Assembly (NCBI RefSeq): GCF_009914755.1
Contig: NC_060927.1
Direction: 5' to 3' (one strand)
DNA length: 64,000 bases
Origin: the human T2T-CHM13v2.0 reference genome, Homo sapiens
The notes below the pieces were generated by a model. That model saw only the letters and a list, made by a program, of their open reading frames with translations. It was not told where the DNA came from and did not search any database. Below, piece by piece: positions 27,120 through 43,496 of this stretch (within the stretch, counting starts at the first letter, position 1; each line of letters opens with the position of its first letter). The translations under genes were made by a program, and so were the position numbers.

Positions 27120-28330
27120 AAGGCCTAAATGGAGAACCTAACGCTATCAAACCCTTAGGTAAAAACACAGGGGAAAATTCGTATGGCCTGGGGTTAGGCG
27201 AAAAGTTCTTAGACATGACACCAAAAGCATGATTCATAAGATTGACAAATTAAATGTAGTCATAAATTTAAAATTATAATTCTATAAAGCAATATAAAAA
27301 TCCAAAGAGAATGAAACACAAACTATGGTCTAGAAATAAACATTTGTGAATCACACGTCTCACAACCTACTGGCACGCAGGATATATGAAGAACCATCAA
27401 AACTTAACCATAAGAAAGTAAAAACCCCAGTATTAAAGAGAGGGCCAATATTGGAATGGAGGCCTCATCAAAGAAGGTATAAGGAGGGCATATTGCCCGA
27501 GAAAGAGGCTCAACATCATAGAGATGCTGGAGAAATGCCAGTCAGCAGTACCTCTGCAAATCCATTAAAATGGCTAAAAACAGACAAAACCCATGGGCCA
27601 ACCCAGGTTCTAGTGATGATGCAGAGGAACTGGGACCCTCATAAGCTGCAGTGGGAATGGGAGGGGTCCCGCCATGCTGGAAAGTGGTCCGGGAGTTTCT
27701 TAAGAAGTTAAGCACATCCTTACCATGTCATCCAGCAACCCCACTGCTGAAATGTCCCCCAAGGGAAAACTTAAACGTGCACACACAAACCTGCACACAA
27801 GTGTTTAGGCCTCATTCCTCATTGCCAATAACTGGAAGAAAACAAAATGTCCATCGGCAGGAGCAGGAGAAGGCGTGAACCAACGCGGATGCTTCCACAT
27901 AGGGGACACCAACCAGCAGTGGAAAGATGCACCCAAATGCCCCAGGTCTCCCAGGCTACATGCCCGGTGAAGGAAGCTAGTTTCGGTGGCCACAGGCCGA
28001 AGGATGCCAACACATGACATCTTGGAGAAGACAGTGTACCGTGTCGGGGAGCAGGGCAGTGGTTTCGAGGGGCTACGGGTGGAGGGGCGAATGGAGGAGC
28101 TCTCTGGGGCGATGGCGTGAGCACCTGCACCTCACTGTGGGCTGCTGCGGCTGAGGGGCTGTACGGCAAACACTGGCTTCAGTACATGCAGACTGAAGGA
28201 GGAAGGCTCCCACAACTCAGAGACAGAGGGTGTCGCCTCCATGAAACAAAAACATATTTAAAAAAAAAACCTCTTAAAATTAAGAAAAAAACCACAAAAA
28301 GTATTTCATAAGCGCATTGACTTTGAGTTG
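27120..28330 (+). mobile_element. Old L1 (L1M-type) ORF2-end / 3' fragments
   Basis: ttcttagacatgacaccaaaagca..., acaaacctgcacacaagtgttt..., aaatgtccatc resemble degenerate L1M 3' sequence. Confidence 0.6.
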
Positions 28331-28530
28331 ACATAATCTACCTGGGAGCATGGAACTGAAACCACAGGCTTGGCAATCCCGGAGGGAGAGGGTGGAGGGT
28401 TTAGACCTCAATTGAAGGGCTCAGTACCTGGCTATAGGAAATAACATTTAAAAAGCAGCAGGTGGAAATAATTTCTGCTGATGAGGTTGCATCTCTCCAG
28501 ATAGCCGGCAGAGTAAATTAAAGCAATATA

Positions 28531-28695
28531 GTCTTGCTCTGTTGCCCAGGCTGGAGTGAAGTGGCGCCATCTCCGCTCACTGTAAGCTCCGCGGGAGAAT
28601 CTCTTGAACCCTGGAGGCAGACGTTGCGGTGAGCCGAGATCCCGCCATTCCACTCCAGCCTGGGCAACAAGAGCGAAACTCCGTCTCAAACCAAA
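28531..28695. mobile_element. Chimeric inverted Alu: antisense right-arm piece fused to sense right-arm piece
   Basis: gtcttgctctgttgcccaggctggagtg...gctccgc joined to gggagaatctcttgaaccc...gcgaaactccgtctcaaa. Confidence 0.85.
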
Positions 28696-29184
28696 CAAAA
28701 TTAGGTAACTAACCCAGGACTAAAACAGCATAACTTTAAAAAAATAAGTCTAGGAGGTATGATGTTCATTCCCTGCAAGCCAATAAAGGCCACGTCTGGG
28801 GCATACATCTAAAAAAATAATCCTAAAGAGAAAGTTATGGTCACAAATATGTTCTGTACGGTGTTATTAAGAGCAAAAATAGGAAACAACCCAAATATCA
28901 ATAAAATGGGACCGAACCCTTGCAAATTTACTAAAATAACTCAAAATTGTTAAACATGATGCACAAGACGAAGATTTTAATAAAGTGAAAAGGCAGGAAA
29001 CATAATTACTAATGATTATTGGTTTATTTTTCATGCCACTTCATTCCACAAAAAGATTTCAGGTATCTTACAAAAAGACACACTAGAAATATTAAAATAC
29101 TATCTGAACCAGAAGCAGAATCAGGGTAAGCTAGCAGAAAGGCGTATGAGCCAAAGGGATCTACCCAGCTTTCAAAGCTGACCA

Positions 29185-29330
29185 CGGCCGTGCGCAGTGG
29201 CTCTGTCTGTAATCCCCGCACTTCGGGAGACCGAGGAGGGAGGATCGCTTGAGGCCACAAGTTCGAGACCAGCCTGGGCAACAGAGCAAGATCCCGCCTC
29301 TACCAAAAATTTAAAAATCAGCCGGAAGCC
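29185..29330 (+). mobile_element. Alu left arm / FLAM
   Basis: ggccgtgcgcagtggctctgtctgtaatccccgcacttcggg...agttcgagaccagcctgggcaaca. Confidence 0.85.
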
Positions 29331-29349
29331 AGAGGCTAGGGACATGGCT

Positions 29350-30470
29350 GAGGATCGCTCCCGCCCCTCGGAGGCCAGAAACCGAGGGTCACTCCCGCTC
29401 CCTAGAGGCCGGAGGCCCCGGGCCGCTCCCGCCCACCTCCGCGGACGAGCGCCGCCCCTTCGACCCCATTCCCTGAGGTCTGGACGTTCAGGCCCTCTCG
29501 GTCTGGGACATCCCGGAGAACCACCCACGGGGCTTTAAAAAATGTTGGTGCCCAACATCTCCCCGAAATAGGGCCCGCCCTATCTCGGTCGGGGAGCGCG
29601 GGACCTCCGTGGCCACCCAGCGCCACGGTCCGCGGGTCCGCTTTGCGCAGGCGCGGCGTCCCCGCCCATTAGACCCCGGCCCGGGCGTCGCGTGGTGCGC
29701 AGGCGCAATGTCCCCCACTAGCGCCCCGCCTTGACCCGGCCGTGGTGCGCAGGCGCAGTCTGCGCAGGGACTGGCGGGACTGCGCGGCGGCGACTACAGA
29801 CGTGTCGGGGGTCCGGGGCCTGTCGCGGTTGCCAAGCGCTCGGCGCCTGGCGCCTGGCGCTGGCGCTGGCCAAGGCGGTGAGTCCCTGCCGCGGACCGGG
29901 GCAGGGCAGGCGGGGGGCGAGGCGGCGGTAGGAGCGGGACGGTCCCCAGCGGGTCCGAGCGGAGCGGGCGCCGGGTCCCCGCGCCCCCTGCCCGGGGATC
30001 GGGAAGGGGCTGGGAGAGCCCTGGGCCGGTGCGAGGGGGAGCCGCGGAGTGTACTCGGGGGCCTGGGGAGCTCGGTCCTTAGCAGGTAGGCCGCGTCCCG
30101 GTGAAGGTCGCGACCCCGCGGGCTTGCTGGGCGTCCCCTCCGCCGCTTTGGTCCGGGCCTGGGGTCCGGCGACCTCGCGGGCTGAGGTAGCCCCTCGCCT
30201 CTGCCTGGCGGGTGGACTCGGGGAGGAGTCGTGTCTGCCCAGGGTCACCGGGGTGGAGTCCTGGCTGGGCCGGGCCTCTGCCGCCGTCTGTGAGGGTTGT
30301 CCTGCGGGGCCGCCCGCAGCCCGTGGGTGGGGCCGGCGGGGCGGGTGAAACCGCCCGGGTGGGTGCGAGGAGTGGCCGGGCTCGGCCGGGTGGGTGTCCG
30401 GTGGGAAGCGCGGCGCGCCCGAGCTTGGGCTTGCAGTTCCCCTTTCCAGAGAGCGCAAATCTGTGCATGT
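29350..30470 (+). promoter_or_regulatory. CpG island / SDHA-type promoter with tandem NRF1-like motifs
   Basis: tgcgcaggcgcg (~29644), tgcgcaggcgca (~29696 and ~29746), GC boxes, dense CpG. Confidence 0.88.
29802..29877 (+). pseudogene. SDHA: SDHA-like exon 1 coding part (GTG start, +13 bp slippage insertion)
   Basis: cagacGTGTCGGGGGTCCGGGGCCTG...ggcgcctggcgcctggcgctggcgctggccaaggcg|gtgag; 76 nt versus 63 recalled for SDHA. Confidence 0.92.
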
Positions 30471-32301
30471 CCACTTCGGGATCTTGGAAGTTAAGGACCT
30501 GTACTTTGGGTCCCGTTTGGTGGCCCTTGTGCCACAAAAATGTGCCGGTGTTTAAAAGCAGCTGTGCCAGTTTTTAAAAATCAGACGGAGAGCTCAGGGC
30601 ACTGACCGAGCGAGGACTCCAGGACCTGTGCTTGCCTGTGCGCTGAGTACCTCGAGGGCCGGGCTCGGCTTAGTCCAGGATGATGGTCAGGGTTATACTT
30701 CCCTGAGCCCTTGCTCTCTGAGTGTCTGAGTGTGCCCTCTACGATTGCATCTTCAGAATCGGCCTTCTAGGATTTTATTTAATCAAGCGAAATTGGATAG
30801 GTTTAGTTGTTTGGTTCTTTTAAATGAACTTAGCCACCCACCTCTTAATTACAAAGTAATTTTAAATTGCAGAGTAAAAATCTCAATAGGAACCAAGGCA
30901 TTCAGCAATAGTGATTTGAATTATGCCTGTGATTGTGCAATTTTCTCCTTTTTGAAATAGTTATTGAAAATCTCTTTGAATTAAATGTGAGGATTAGTCA
31001 TACAGCCATCCTGTCAACATCGGAAAGCGTGTAAACCGTTCTAGCGTGTTGCTGTGGTTGGTGCTGACCGAGCAGAGACCCCCGCCGCATCTTGGGCTCT
31101 TAGGAGCTGCTGGGAGGGCGTCCACAAGCAGGAGGTGAAGCCCATGGTCAGTGGGACTTTTTAGGGGCACTGGTAGCTTGTGGTTGGAGAGAAGCTAGAT
31201 AGAGCCAGTGCCTTTGTCCCCAACCCAGATGGTGCCCAGTGTTCCTTCTGCAGACTAAGGCCCCAGGCACCTCAGACCAGATGGCAAGATAGCAAAATGG
31301 AACCAAAATTTAGTCTTGGGTTTTGTAAAAGTCTTTTTATCTTGATGAAGGTAGCTTTTCCTACAGAAAGTCGTGCGTTTTTGGGTTCTTCGTTGGCTGC
31401 TTTTGTGATTGTGTAGGTTGTACATGCAGATTCGTTTCTTGCTCATGATTTATAGGTGCATTTTATTCGATGAGGACCCCTTACTTTGCTAGATTTCGGA
31501 TATGAATGTCTCTGCACTTGTTACTTTTCCCCCTCCACCTCCTGATTCAGTCATCTGAAATTCTGTATTGTTAAGCAAGGTCTAAGTATTCCTTTTAGTT
31601 ATATGTTCCCCATTTTTTTTCTTAGAGGAAATGTTTGATAGTTTCTCCTAAAAAATTAATAATTGGCACAAAAGACTAGTTTTGTGTCAAAAGTAGTTTT
31701 GAGTTTTATCTAAAGACTGACATTGGCTTGAAGTTGGGCTTTCCAGATTCAAAAATCTGCCCCAGATGAGATTTAGATGCAGAGGGTTAGTGTCCTTTTC
31801 CCCAGGGGGATGGCGTGATGATTTGTTCAAGATTGTGTTATAGTAGCTGCCCCTTTTAAGCCAGCTGTGTGTGTGTGGTGGGGGGTGGGCAGTGTGTATT
31901 CCACATCAACATCCTAGAAAGAACGAATAAACATTTAGTGATCTCACTGTTTCTACTTACATTTGGTATAATGTACTGTTTTTATTGGTGCTATTACCTA
32001 TGTTAATAGGGCACTTTACAAAATTTTCAAGAACGTTTTTATTAAAATTATTTCAAAGACTTCTTTCTTAAAATATGATTTTACCATGTAAAAAATTATA
32101 CTAAGGTAGAAGAATATTCGTTTTCTCATTTTCTGAAAAAAGAAGAAACTAAATTAGCTTATATCAATAAAAACAGACTAGAAATTGGAGAAATGAAGAA
32201 TAATTTTTTATCCCACATAATAAGTAATTTGTGAATTGCCAGTATTTCTAAATACTTGAAGACATCCCTCACATCCCCTCTTCTGATTGCTGAGTGCATA
32301 A

Positions 32302-32610
<309 letters not shown>

Positions 32611-33461
32611 CCTAAAACTATTCTTGATGATATTTCTGAGACTATTCAGTGGTCTTCTAAAATGCCGCCAGCAGAATGGAAAACGTATCCCCTAAATGGC
32701 TGGCCAACCTTAGCATATGGGACAGTGTGACCTCTCTCACACAGAGCCACTAAAAACTAAACACTAAAACCAGTTTTCTTGAGTAAAGGTTTCTAAGATG
32801 GAAAATTTAAGCAGCGAGATATGTCAAGTTGTAGACGTTGGCCAGGAAAAAGCCAGCAGCAACCAGGCAGGGGAGAGTGTGCATCCGACATCCTCCTGTG
32901 TGATGAAGGGATGACACCTCTTCCCTCTGGGCTGTCAGCCTTTACTGTTCCAGGATACAGATCTCCTGATTCAGGTGTCCAGTGCCTTTTGAACTGACCG
33001 CAAGCCCTCCTGGACGATTGGAACTGTAATGTGGAAAGGGCTCTGATGGAGCCGGTTAAAATGCTTCATTATTTGCAAAATACCACATACAGTAATACGA
33101 TCTGGATGTCTTTCCCCTCCTCCACTAAGTAGCATAAGTGAAGACTTCCCAGAGGAAGTGCGCCTTTTTCATCTCGTATCTGAGTCAGTGAGTATCCTTT
33201 TTGGAAACAAGCTTCATCCTGGTTTTCTAGAGTGCCAAGCCAGGGTGGAAAGGAGGACCTGGGGGCTCAGTCCTTCCTTGCCCCTTGGGCTGCCCTTCAG
33301 GGTTAAGTAGAGGGTCCCAGCTGAGCTCTCTGGATGCACAGGAGCACCTGGGTACATAAGAAGGTGAACAGTTTGCAAGGGGAAGTTTGAATTACTATCC
33401 CCCACAGCATTTGTTCCTTCAGGACACTAACCCTCTGGATCTGTGTCTTCTGTGTCTCCAG

Positions 33462-33547
33462 TGGCCAACAGTGTTGCAAACAGGAACCCGAGGTGTTCAC
33501 TTCACTGTTGAAGGAACGAGAGGGCATCTGCTAAAGTTTCAGATTCC
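33462..33547 (+). pseudogene. SDHA: SDHA-like exon 2 (1-bp deletion)
   Basis: ccag|TGGCCAACAGTGTTGCAAACAGG (WPTVLQTG)...TCAGATTCC|gtaagt. Confidence 0.92.
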
Positions 33548-34261
33548 GTAAGTTCATGCTTTTTGTTCCATTATAAATGATTTTTTTGGCTTGGGGGTAA
33601 GGATCTATACCAGTTTGTTTTCATATGAGTCATAGACATAAGGGAAAAATTTCTCATAGGTATCCAATGCATGCTGAAATTATTTTCAGTGTAATAATAC
33701 TTAATTGCAAGTACCAATATAAACATAGATGTTAACATTTTTACTTGTATCTGTTATGTATCTATAAATTAGATTTAAATTTAGGTCAAGTAAAGCAATA
33801 AATTAAAATGAACAGTATCTGCTGTGATAGATGATAAAATCCTACTGAAAAGAGGACCGTGGGGCCCTTCCGGTGTGGGTTCCTTGGTATTGAGTGTGCC
33901 TCTTCTCTCTCTGTTGGAAAACTGAAACGTGCTGAGAAGTTCTTTTCTCATAAGCTCACAATAGCGACTGAATGCTCCTTGGCACCTTCTCAGGCATAAG
34001 CATAGGCACGGCCCTGAAGTAGAGTTGTGGTCCTCAGGCTGATCCCATGGAATAGACCCTCTACCATTCATAGAATCTGATTATCAGTCCCTTCTCCAGG
34101 TGCGAATGTGCCTACTTCTCCCCGCACTGTTCAGGGCTCAGCCCCAGGACAGGATGGAGGCCCTGTGTGCCCAGCAGTTGCTCCTTTTATCTTTGTCAAG
34201 CTCTTTCACTGGCACAAGAGTCTTCATGTTTGGCATAGTGGAACCTGTGATTGACAGGTGA

Positions 34262-34439
<178 letters not shown>

Positions 34440-34947
34440 GTAAGAGAAAGGTGCCCCACTGTGCTCCCACTCCGTGCAGGTCCCGCGCAGCCTCGCACTT
34501 TCTACCTGGGCAGCCTCCTGCCTCCTCCCCGTGCTCCAGCCACTTGGCCTCTTGCTGTGCCTTACTCAGCTCACCCATTCAGGGGTCTCTCCCTGGAGCC
34601 TCTTCCCTGGGGACTTTGAAGGGCGGGAGCCTTGTTGTCACTCTTAATTCAGACTCCAGTCACACTTGGGTTTTCTCTGACCATCTACCCTCCCCACCCA
34701 CCCCTGCCACCCCAACACCTTAAGAAAAGGAGATCATCTAAAGAGGAGGATTCAGAATTTAGGTTGGGGAAGAAAAGGGCAAGGGTTTCATTTGTCCCTG
34801 TGCTGCTGTCTTCTGGGACTCTCTGAGGGGTAAGACGGTGGTGGGCACACACAGCCAAAGGAAGTAGGGGTACAGGGGAGTGCGACTCTGAGTATGGAGT
34901 CTATTACTTGGCAGGAAGCACTTCTGATCTTTAACACATGCCCGTAA

Positions 34948-35538
<591 letters not shown>

Positions 35539-35790
35539 TAAGCAGTTGAGGCAGATGTGGCAGCCGAAAGAATGGTGATTAGCAAAGCTCACAAGAGAAG
35601 TCTTTGTCCATCATGAACTATGTATTACATGTAATAAGAAAAACTTCTCTTTGATGAAGTGTTGACATTTTCATAAAATAGGTTAATTTGGGTTTGCAGA
35701 TTTGTATTAAAGTTGTTTAGTGTAGATTAGCTGTGAATATCTTGACTCCTTTAGGGTAATAAGGCTTTTGTTTGTTTTTATCTTTCACAG

Positions 35791-35955
35791 GTAGAAAATT
35801 ATGGCATGCCGTTTAGCAGAACTGAAGATGGGAAGATTTATCAGCGTGCATTTGGCGGACACAGCCTCAAGTTTGGAAAGGGCGGGCAGGCCCATGGGTG
35901 CTGCTGTGTGGCTGATCGGACCGGCCACTCAATATTGCACACCTTATACGGGAGG
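35791..35955 (+). pseudogene. SDHA: SDHA-like exon 5
   Basis: [54 protein letters not shown]. Confidence 0.95.
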
Positions 35956-36257
35956 GTAAGGCCGCCCCCCGTCCACCTGAGACAGGACACGTAGTGCTGG
36001 GGCTTGTGGTGACAGCGGGGAATGGGTTAGCGTGCCCAGTGAGTCAGCCAGAGATTGCGTAAAAAGCAACAGAGAACAGCGGTGTGGGGCACATGCAGCG
36101 ACTGTGGATGTGACAGGAGCAGGCGTGTGCCTTGAGAAGCTGCCCCTAAGGCAATGTGTGAGTTGTTGCCTCTATGTTGGGAAGTTGAATTGATAATCTT
36201 ATATACCAGGTTTTCACTTGGGATATGTGACACTCAGCATGTAAGAACAGAGCAAGC

Positions 36258-36520
36258 AGGCCAGGCACAGTGGCCCACGTCTGTAATCCCAGCACTTTAG
36301 GAGGCCAAGGCAGGAGGATCACTTGAGACCAGTCTGGAGAACATAGCGAGACCCTGTCTCTACAGAAAGTTTAAAAAGTAGCTGAGCATGGTGGTACATG
36401 CTTGTAATCCCAGTTACTCAGGAGGCTGAGGCAGGAGGATCACTTGAGACAGTGAGCCATGTTCATACCACTGCACTCCAGCCTGAGCAACAGGAGACCT
36501 GTCTCAAAAAAAGACAAAGA
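36258..36520 (+). mobile_element. AluJ, sense
   Basis: ggccaggcacagtggcccacgtctgtaatcccagc...gacctgtctcaaaa. Confidence 0.9.
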
Positions 36521-36553
36521 ACAAGTATTTTAAGGCTCTTTTACCACCTCTGA

Positions 36554-36946
<393 letters not shown>

Positions 36947-37756
36947 TAATCAGGGTCAACTTTGGCATGACCAAATAATATCCTGAACAGTATTGATTCA
37001 GAGTAATCCATGTTCTGAGCTTTGTTGTTTTCTGATGCGTGGGGACGGATCAGTAATGTGCAGGTTGTTAGAACACCAGTGACTTCTCTGTGGCTGAGTG
37101 CATCGACAAGTGTGTGGTGGGAGGAGACGGCGGCTCCGTCCGGAGCAGGAGCTGTCATGTGGGGAGCTGGCCCAGGCTCATGAGAGCAACTTGCGCTGGC
37201 TGAGGGAACGGCAGGTCCAGGCGGGCAGCGCTGTCTGGCGCCTCCCTTTCTGCGGTGCCGGAATCTGCTTGTCTGCGACCGTCCGCTTTGGTAGCTGCCA
37301 GCCACATGGGGCTGTTGCTAATGTGGCAGGTGTAGCTGAATAGCTGAACGTTTTGACTTATTTTAATTAATTAAGTGGTTATGTGTTGCCAGTAGCTCCC
37401 ATCTGGGCTGTGACCCCATGGTCTGCGGACCTCACTCTGGCACCAGACTCCGAGTGGAGCTGCATGCTGCCACCGGACAGTGTGGAGTGCCTCTTCGGGT
37501 TGTGTAGAAGTAGGAAATGTGTCACCAACATAGGAGCTGTTGCTGCTGCGTTCTCTAGCACACCTGCCTTGTTGGTACTGCTGGGCGTGGAATGCCTCTC
37601 GGGCTCTGACAGTGTCATTGACACTGTTGCTGATCTCCTTGGATTTACCTGGTCCATTTGGATCAAGTTCTTTCACCTATTCACATGAGCAGATACCACC
37701 TTAAAACCTTAAAGGTTGGCTTAACACTTCTTGCCCTTTTTTTTTCTTTCTTTTAG

Positions 37757-37906
<150 letters not shown>

Positions 37907-38394
37907 TAGGAATCTAATTTCTACTTTATTTCCTTTGTAAAAATGAATAAATTCCATTTAGAGTCTCTTTATTTTAAGGAAAATAGAGGCATTGTAGAAT
38001 AGCAGTTCAGACACAGGCCTTGATATAACCGTGTGAGGGTGATGGCCTTTCCCAGCCGTGGTTCCTCACCTGTAAAGGGTGAGGACAGCAGCACCTGCCT
38101 CAGGGGGTGAGAAAGCATGGCCCTCAGTAGTCGGTAGTGGCTGCCGTCAGGTTCACAGCGTACCTCTCCCGATTTTAGATGAGGAAACTGTGGCCCGAAG
38201 AGTCACATGGGGTTTTCTGGCAAAATCCCTCTTGTTTTAGTGGGTTCTATGTTTATACTGATTCCTGGGATAGATAAGTCTGTCTTCTCCACATAATGAA
38301 AATAAAAAACTTTAATTTTATACAGTGGCAGTTACTTTAGCCACTTTAAAAGTTAAGAAGTGTCAGTACAGCCAAGAAAAAAAATCAGCAAAAC

Positions 38395-39545
38395 TACAGG
38401 TTGGGAAAAAATATTTTCCAAACCATATATCTAATGATATCTTAGTATCTAAAATAGCAAAAAAAATAAAAAATAAAAAAAAGCCCTACTAAAACCAACC
38501 TACTAAACCCTACTAAAAAACAACCCTACTAAAAATGGGCAAAGGACTTGAATAGATATTTTTCCAGAGAAGACATACAAATGGCCAGTTGATGTATGAA
38601 AAAATGCTCAACATCACCAAGCACCAGAGAAATGCAAATTAAAACCCCAATGAGTATCATCTCATCTCGCTCCAGTTAGAATGGCTGTTACCAAGAGGAC
38701 AAAAGATAGTGTTGGTGAGGATGTGGAGAAAAGGGAACCCTGTGTGCTGTTGGTGGGAATGTAAATTAGTACAACTATTGTGGAAAACTCTGGAGGTTCC
38801 TCAAAAGTCACAGGACTACCATGTGCTCCAGCAACCTCATTTCTGGGTGTATATCCAAAGGGCATGAAATCAGAAGCTCAAAGAGACACCTGGACCCCCA
38901 TGTTCATTGCAGCGTTATTCACAATACCCGAGATATGGAAACAACCTAAAAATTTTTGGTGTTTAATGACAATGTGGTGTGTGTACACAACTGAATATTA
39001 TTCAGCTATGAAAACGAAGGAAATCCTGTCATGTGTGACAACGTGGATGAACCCAAAGTCATTATGTTAAGTGAAACGACCCAGGCACAGAAAGACAGAT
39101 ACTGCATGTCACTCATATGTGGATCTAAAACTGTCACAACTCACAGAAACAGAATAGGACAGTGGTTGCCAGGGGCTGGGGGAATGCAGACTGTGGCGAT
39201 GCTGATTAAAGGTGTAACTTCCCGTCACAAGGTGAAGTTCTGAAGGTCTGATAAACAGCATGGTGGCTAGAGTTAATGTTATAGAGCATGGTGGCCAGAG
39301 TTAACATTATACAGCATGGTGGCTACAGTTAAAATCATACAGTACGGTGGCTATCATTAATATAACTTGAAATTTGCGAAGAGAGTAGACCTTAGGTGTC
39401 TGTATCTCCAAAAAAAAAGGATAATTGTATGAGGTGATAGATGTGTATTAAGTTGATTGTGTCATCAGTTCACAAAATAAATCATCACGTTGTACACCTT
39501 AAATATATACAGTATTGTTTTTTGTTTAATTCATCAATCATACCT
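38395..39545 (+). mobile_element. L1M-type 3' end (ORF2 C-terminus and 3'UTR)
   Basis: aaaatgggcaaaggacttgaatagata..., cccatgttcattgcagcgttattcacaata..., ttgtacaccttaaatatatac. Confidence 0.88.
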
Positions 39546-39599
39546 CAGTAAATCTGGGGGTAAAAAACAAAATCCATAAAAATTTTAAAATTTTCATTA

Positions 39600-39997
<398 letters not shown>

Positions 39998-40199
39998 CTA
40001 TCCTACCTGCGCAGGGTAGCAGCACCACTGGCATGGCCCCCAGTGATGTGTGTGGGGTGTGCGTGAGTTGGGGGTTGTGTGCACACAGCACTGAGAAGAT
40101 GGTGCCCGGGGGCTGCCCTGTCCGTTCTGTGATCTCATTAGACAGGAGGTCCGGACGTGGGCCACTGTGTGCAGTCACTGCTCTCTGTTGTTTCCATAG

Positions 40200-40322
40200 G
40201 CTACTGGCGCAACTACTTGAGCTGCACGTCTGCCCACACCAGCACCAGCGACGGCACGGCCATGATCACCAGGGCAGGCCTTCCTTGCCAGGACCTCGAG
40301 TTTGTTCAGTTCCACCCCACAG
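40200..40322 (+). pseudogene. SDHA: SDHA-like exon 7 (2-bp loss at the acceptor)
   Basis: catag|GCTACTGG..; [40 protein letters not shown]. Confidence 0.92.
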
Positions 40323-40551
40323 GTAGGGCAGGACGCCTTGCCCGGAAGGCGTTCGGCTCGTGTGTCTTGTAAGCGTGTGGTGCCTACTCATTGCTCTTCC
40401 ATAGTTTTATGTAATAACATGGTTTTGAAGATCAGCTTCCTTAGCTCTCAGGTCCTAACTTCAATGTCATTTCCTTAAGGAGACTTTTCCCACACTCCCC
40501 TTCCTCTAAGGCAGTTTGGGCCACCATCTTATGCATTTCTCAAGAGCCCTA

Positions 40552-40968
<417 letters not shown>

Positions 40969-41529
40969 TCATTAACTGGGGTGCTCCACGCCCAGCACAT
41001 GGTAGGGTCTCCATCGGGGTTTACTGAGTGAGCATTCTGAGAGCTGGGTGAATGCTGTGGAACCAAGAAGCAGCACAGGCAGATTTCAGCTTTGTAGGAC
41101 AACACAGAGCTTCCGTGACAATGGGATGTAAAGTTAAGACACAGCCATGAGAGAACCCCATGTGACGTTGGGCGCTGGGCTCAGCCCACGTGACCACTGA
41201 GGGAGCTTGTCGTGGGGAAGATGAGCTTGTCTTGGGGACGTCTGACGGTTGAGGTTACGAATGTGCAATTTGGAGACATTAACTCAGAAATGACAGTTGA
41301 AGTCTTGAGTTTGGAGGAGGTTCTTCAAAATGAGTCAGAGACAGACACACACACGTCTGCCTCTTGTTTGAGGTGACTCGTCCTGGACTTTTCTGGGTTG
41401 CTTTTCTGACCTGTGGACGATGGAGACCCCTGAAGTGGTGCCAAAGAACCAGACCTGTGTCTTTTCTTTCTCTGTCAGTGTCAGCTTTCTGATCCCTGGA
41501 AGGGATGAAAATAAGAAATGGATTTGTTG

Positions 41530-41850
<321 letters not shown>

Positions 41851-42788
41851 TTGTATTTTTTATTACTGTTTTTAATCAGTAAAATGTCAGTGAGCCCCTG
41901 AATTCCCTCTGTAATTTGCTTAGAGCTCCACTTCTCATGCTTTGTCTTCAATATGTGAGAAGTAACCACAGAAAAGAGAGCATGGAAACTTAGAAAATCA
42001 AAAGGCAGGTGAGATGCAAGAATCACATTCTTGTTTTGAAAGCAAGATTGCCCTTTTTGTATACTAATAAAAATTGTAGCTTTTGAAATACATTTAGTTT
42101 AGGGTTTTTGATCTCCTTTGTTAAAATTCGAGAGCTTGGCACGCCCTGTTTCTCATCGCACTGAGGAGTCACAGAGCCGCTGTTTGGGGCACAGACCGCC
42201 GGACTGCCCAGGTTTGGGTTTGAGCTCTGTCCTCAGCTGCATGACTGGATGTTACCAAGCGTTAATTTGCTTGTCACTGAGAAAGGGGGTCGTACTACCC
42301 AGAGTTGTTGTAAGACTTAAATGAGTTTAATATGTGGAAAGCAGCTAGAACTGCCCATAGCAAGTGCAGTGTAAAGATGAACTAAAATAATCATTATTAC
42401 TGTTCTTGCCACTGTTTGGGTAACTTAGATATGAATTCTCCAAGCTAGTATTCTTAACTAGTCACCACAGTATCGTAGCGCAAAAGAATGTTCAAAAATT
42501 AAAACAAAATTTGAGGCATCCAACGTACACCGGGCTGTAATCAGAGTATTGGCCAGAGGTCTGTGGGCCGGCCTTTCTCCTCTCTGGGGACGCCACTCTG
42601 CCCCAGCCTCTGCTGCAGCTGTCAGCCTTGTCAGTGCTTTTTGTTATCCAGACTTTCTACTGTATCTTAACTGTTCTTTCTGTTCAGTTTTGCATATAAT
42701 GCCTTCTGCATATCTTTTTTGTCTCTCCCCCAAAAAAATCTTGTAAAAAAAAGTAATGCATTTGAAATAGAGACCCAGCAATTGTTAG

Positions 42789-43010
<222 letters not shown>

Positions 43011-43496
43011 TGAGCGGGCACACGGGCCGGGGTTGCTTCTGTGAGTTTCAGCACCACTCGCCCTCACCTTCGTGTGCAGGCACATGTGCACAGCCACCTC
43101 TCTCAGCTGCCGGCAGGCGTCTGTTAGTCTGCGATATTTTCCTAAAGACCTACATTTTGAAAATTTTAGCCAGTTTCTTTCTCAAATCTGTGGAACAGAG
43201 TTTCTCTTAGTGTGTGTGAGTATGTGACGGAGTATGGAAGAGAGAGACACGCACCCAACCTGAAGTCGGCGTGTGAGCCTTGGGTGTGGTGTCTGATACC
43301 CACAGATGTTTTTCGACAGCTTTCAAAGTGTGTGGGTCATTTGCCTTTCAGAAGAACAGTTTGCAGCTCTTTCATTGCCTGACCCTGTTCTTTAATGTGA
43401 TAACACTTGCTAAATATCTGCTGGTATCTGGTGTGGCCTTTAGAGGTTTTACATTTTTATATTAAAAAAAAAAGAAGTCGGATGGTTTTTTGGAAT

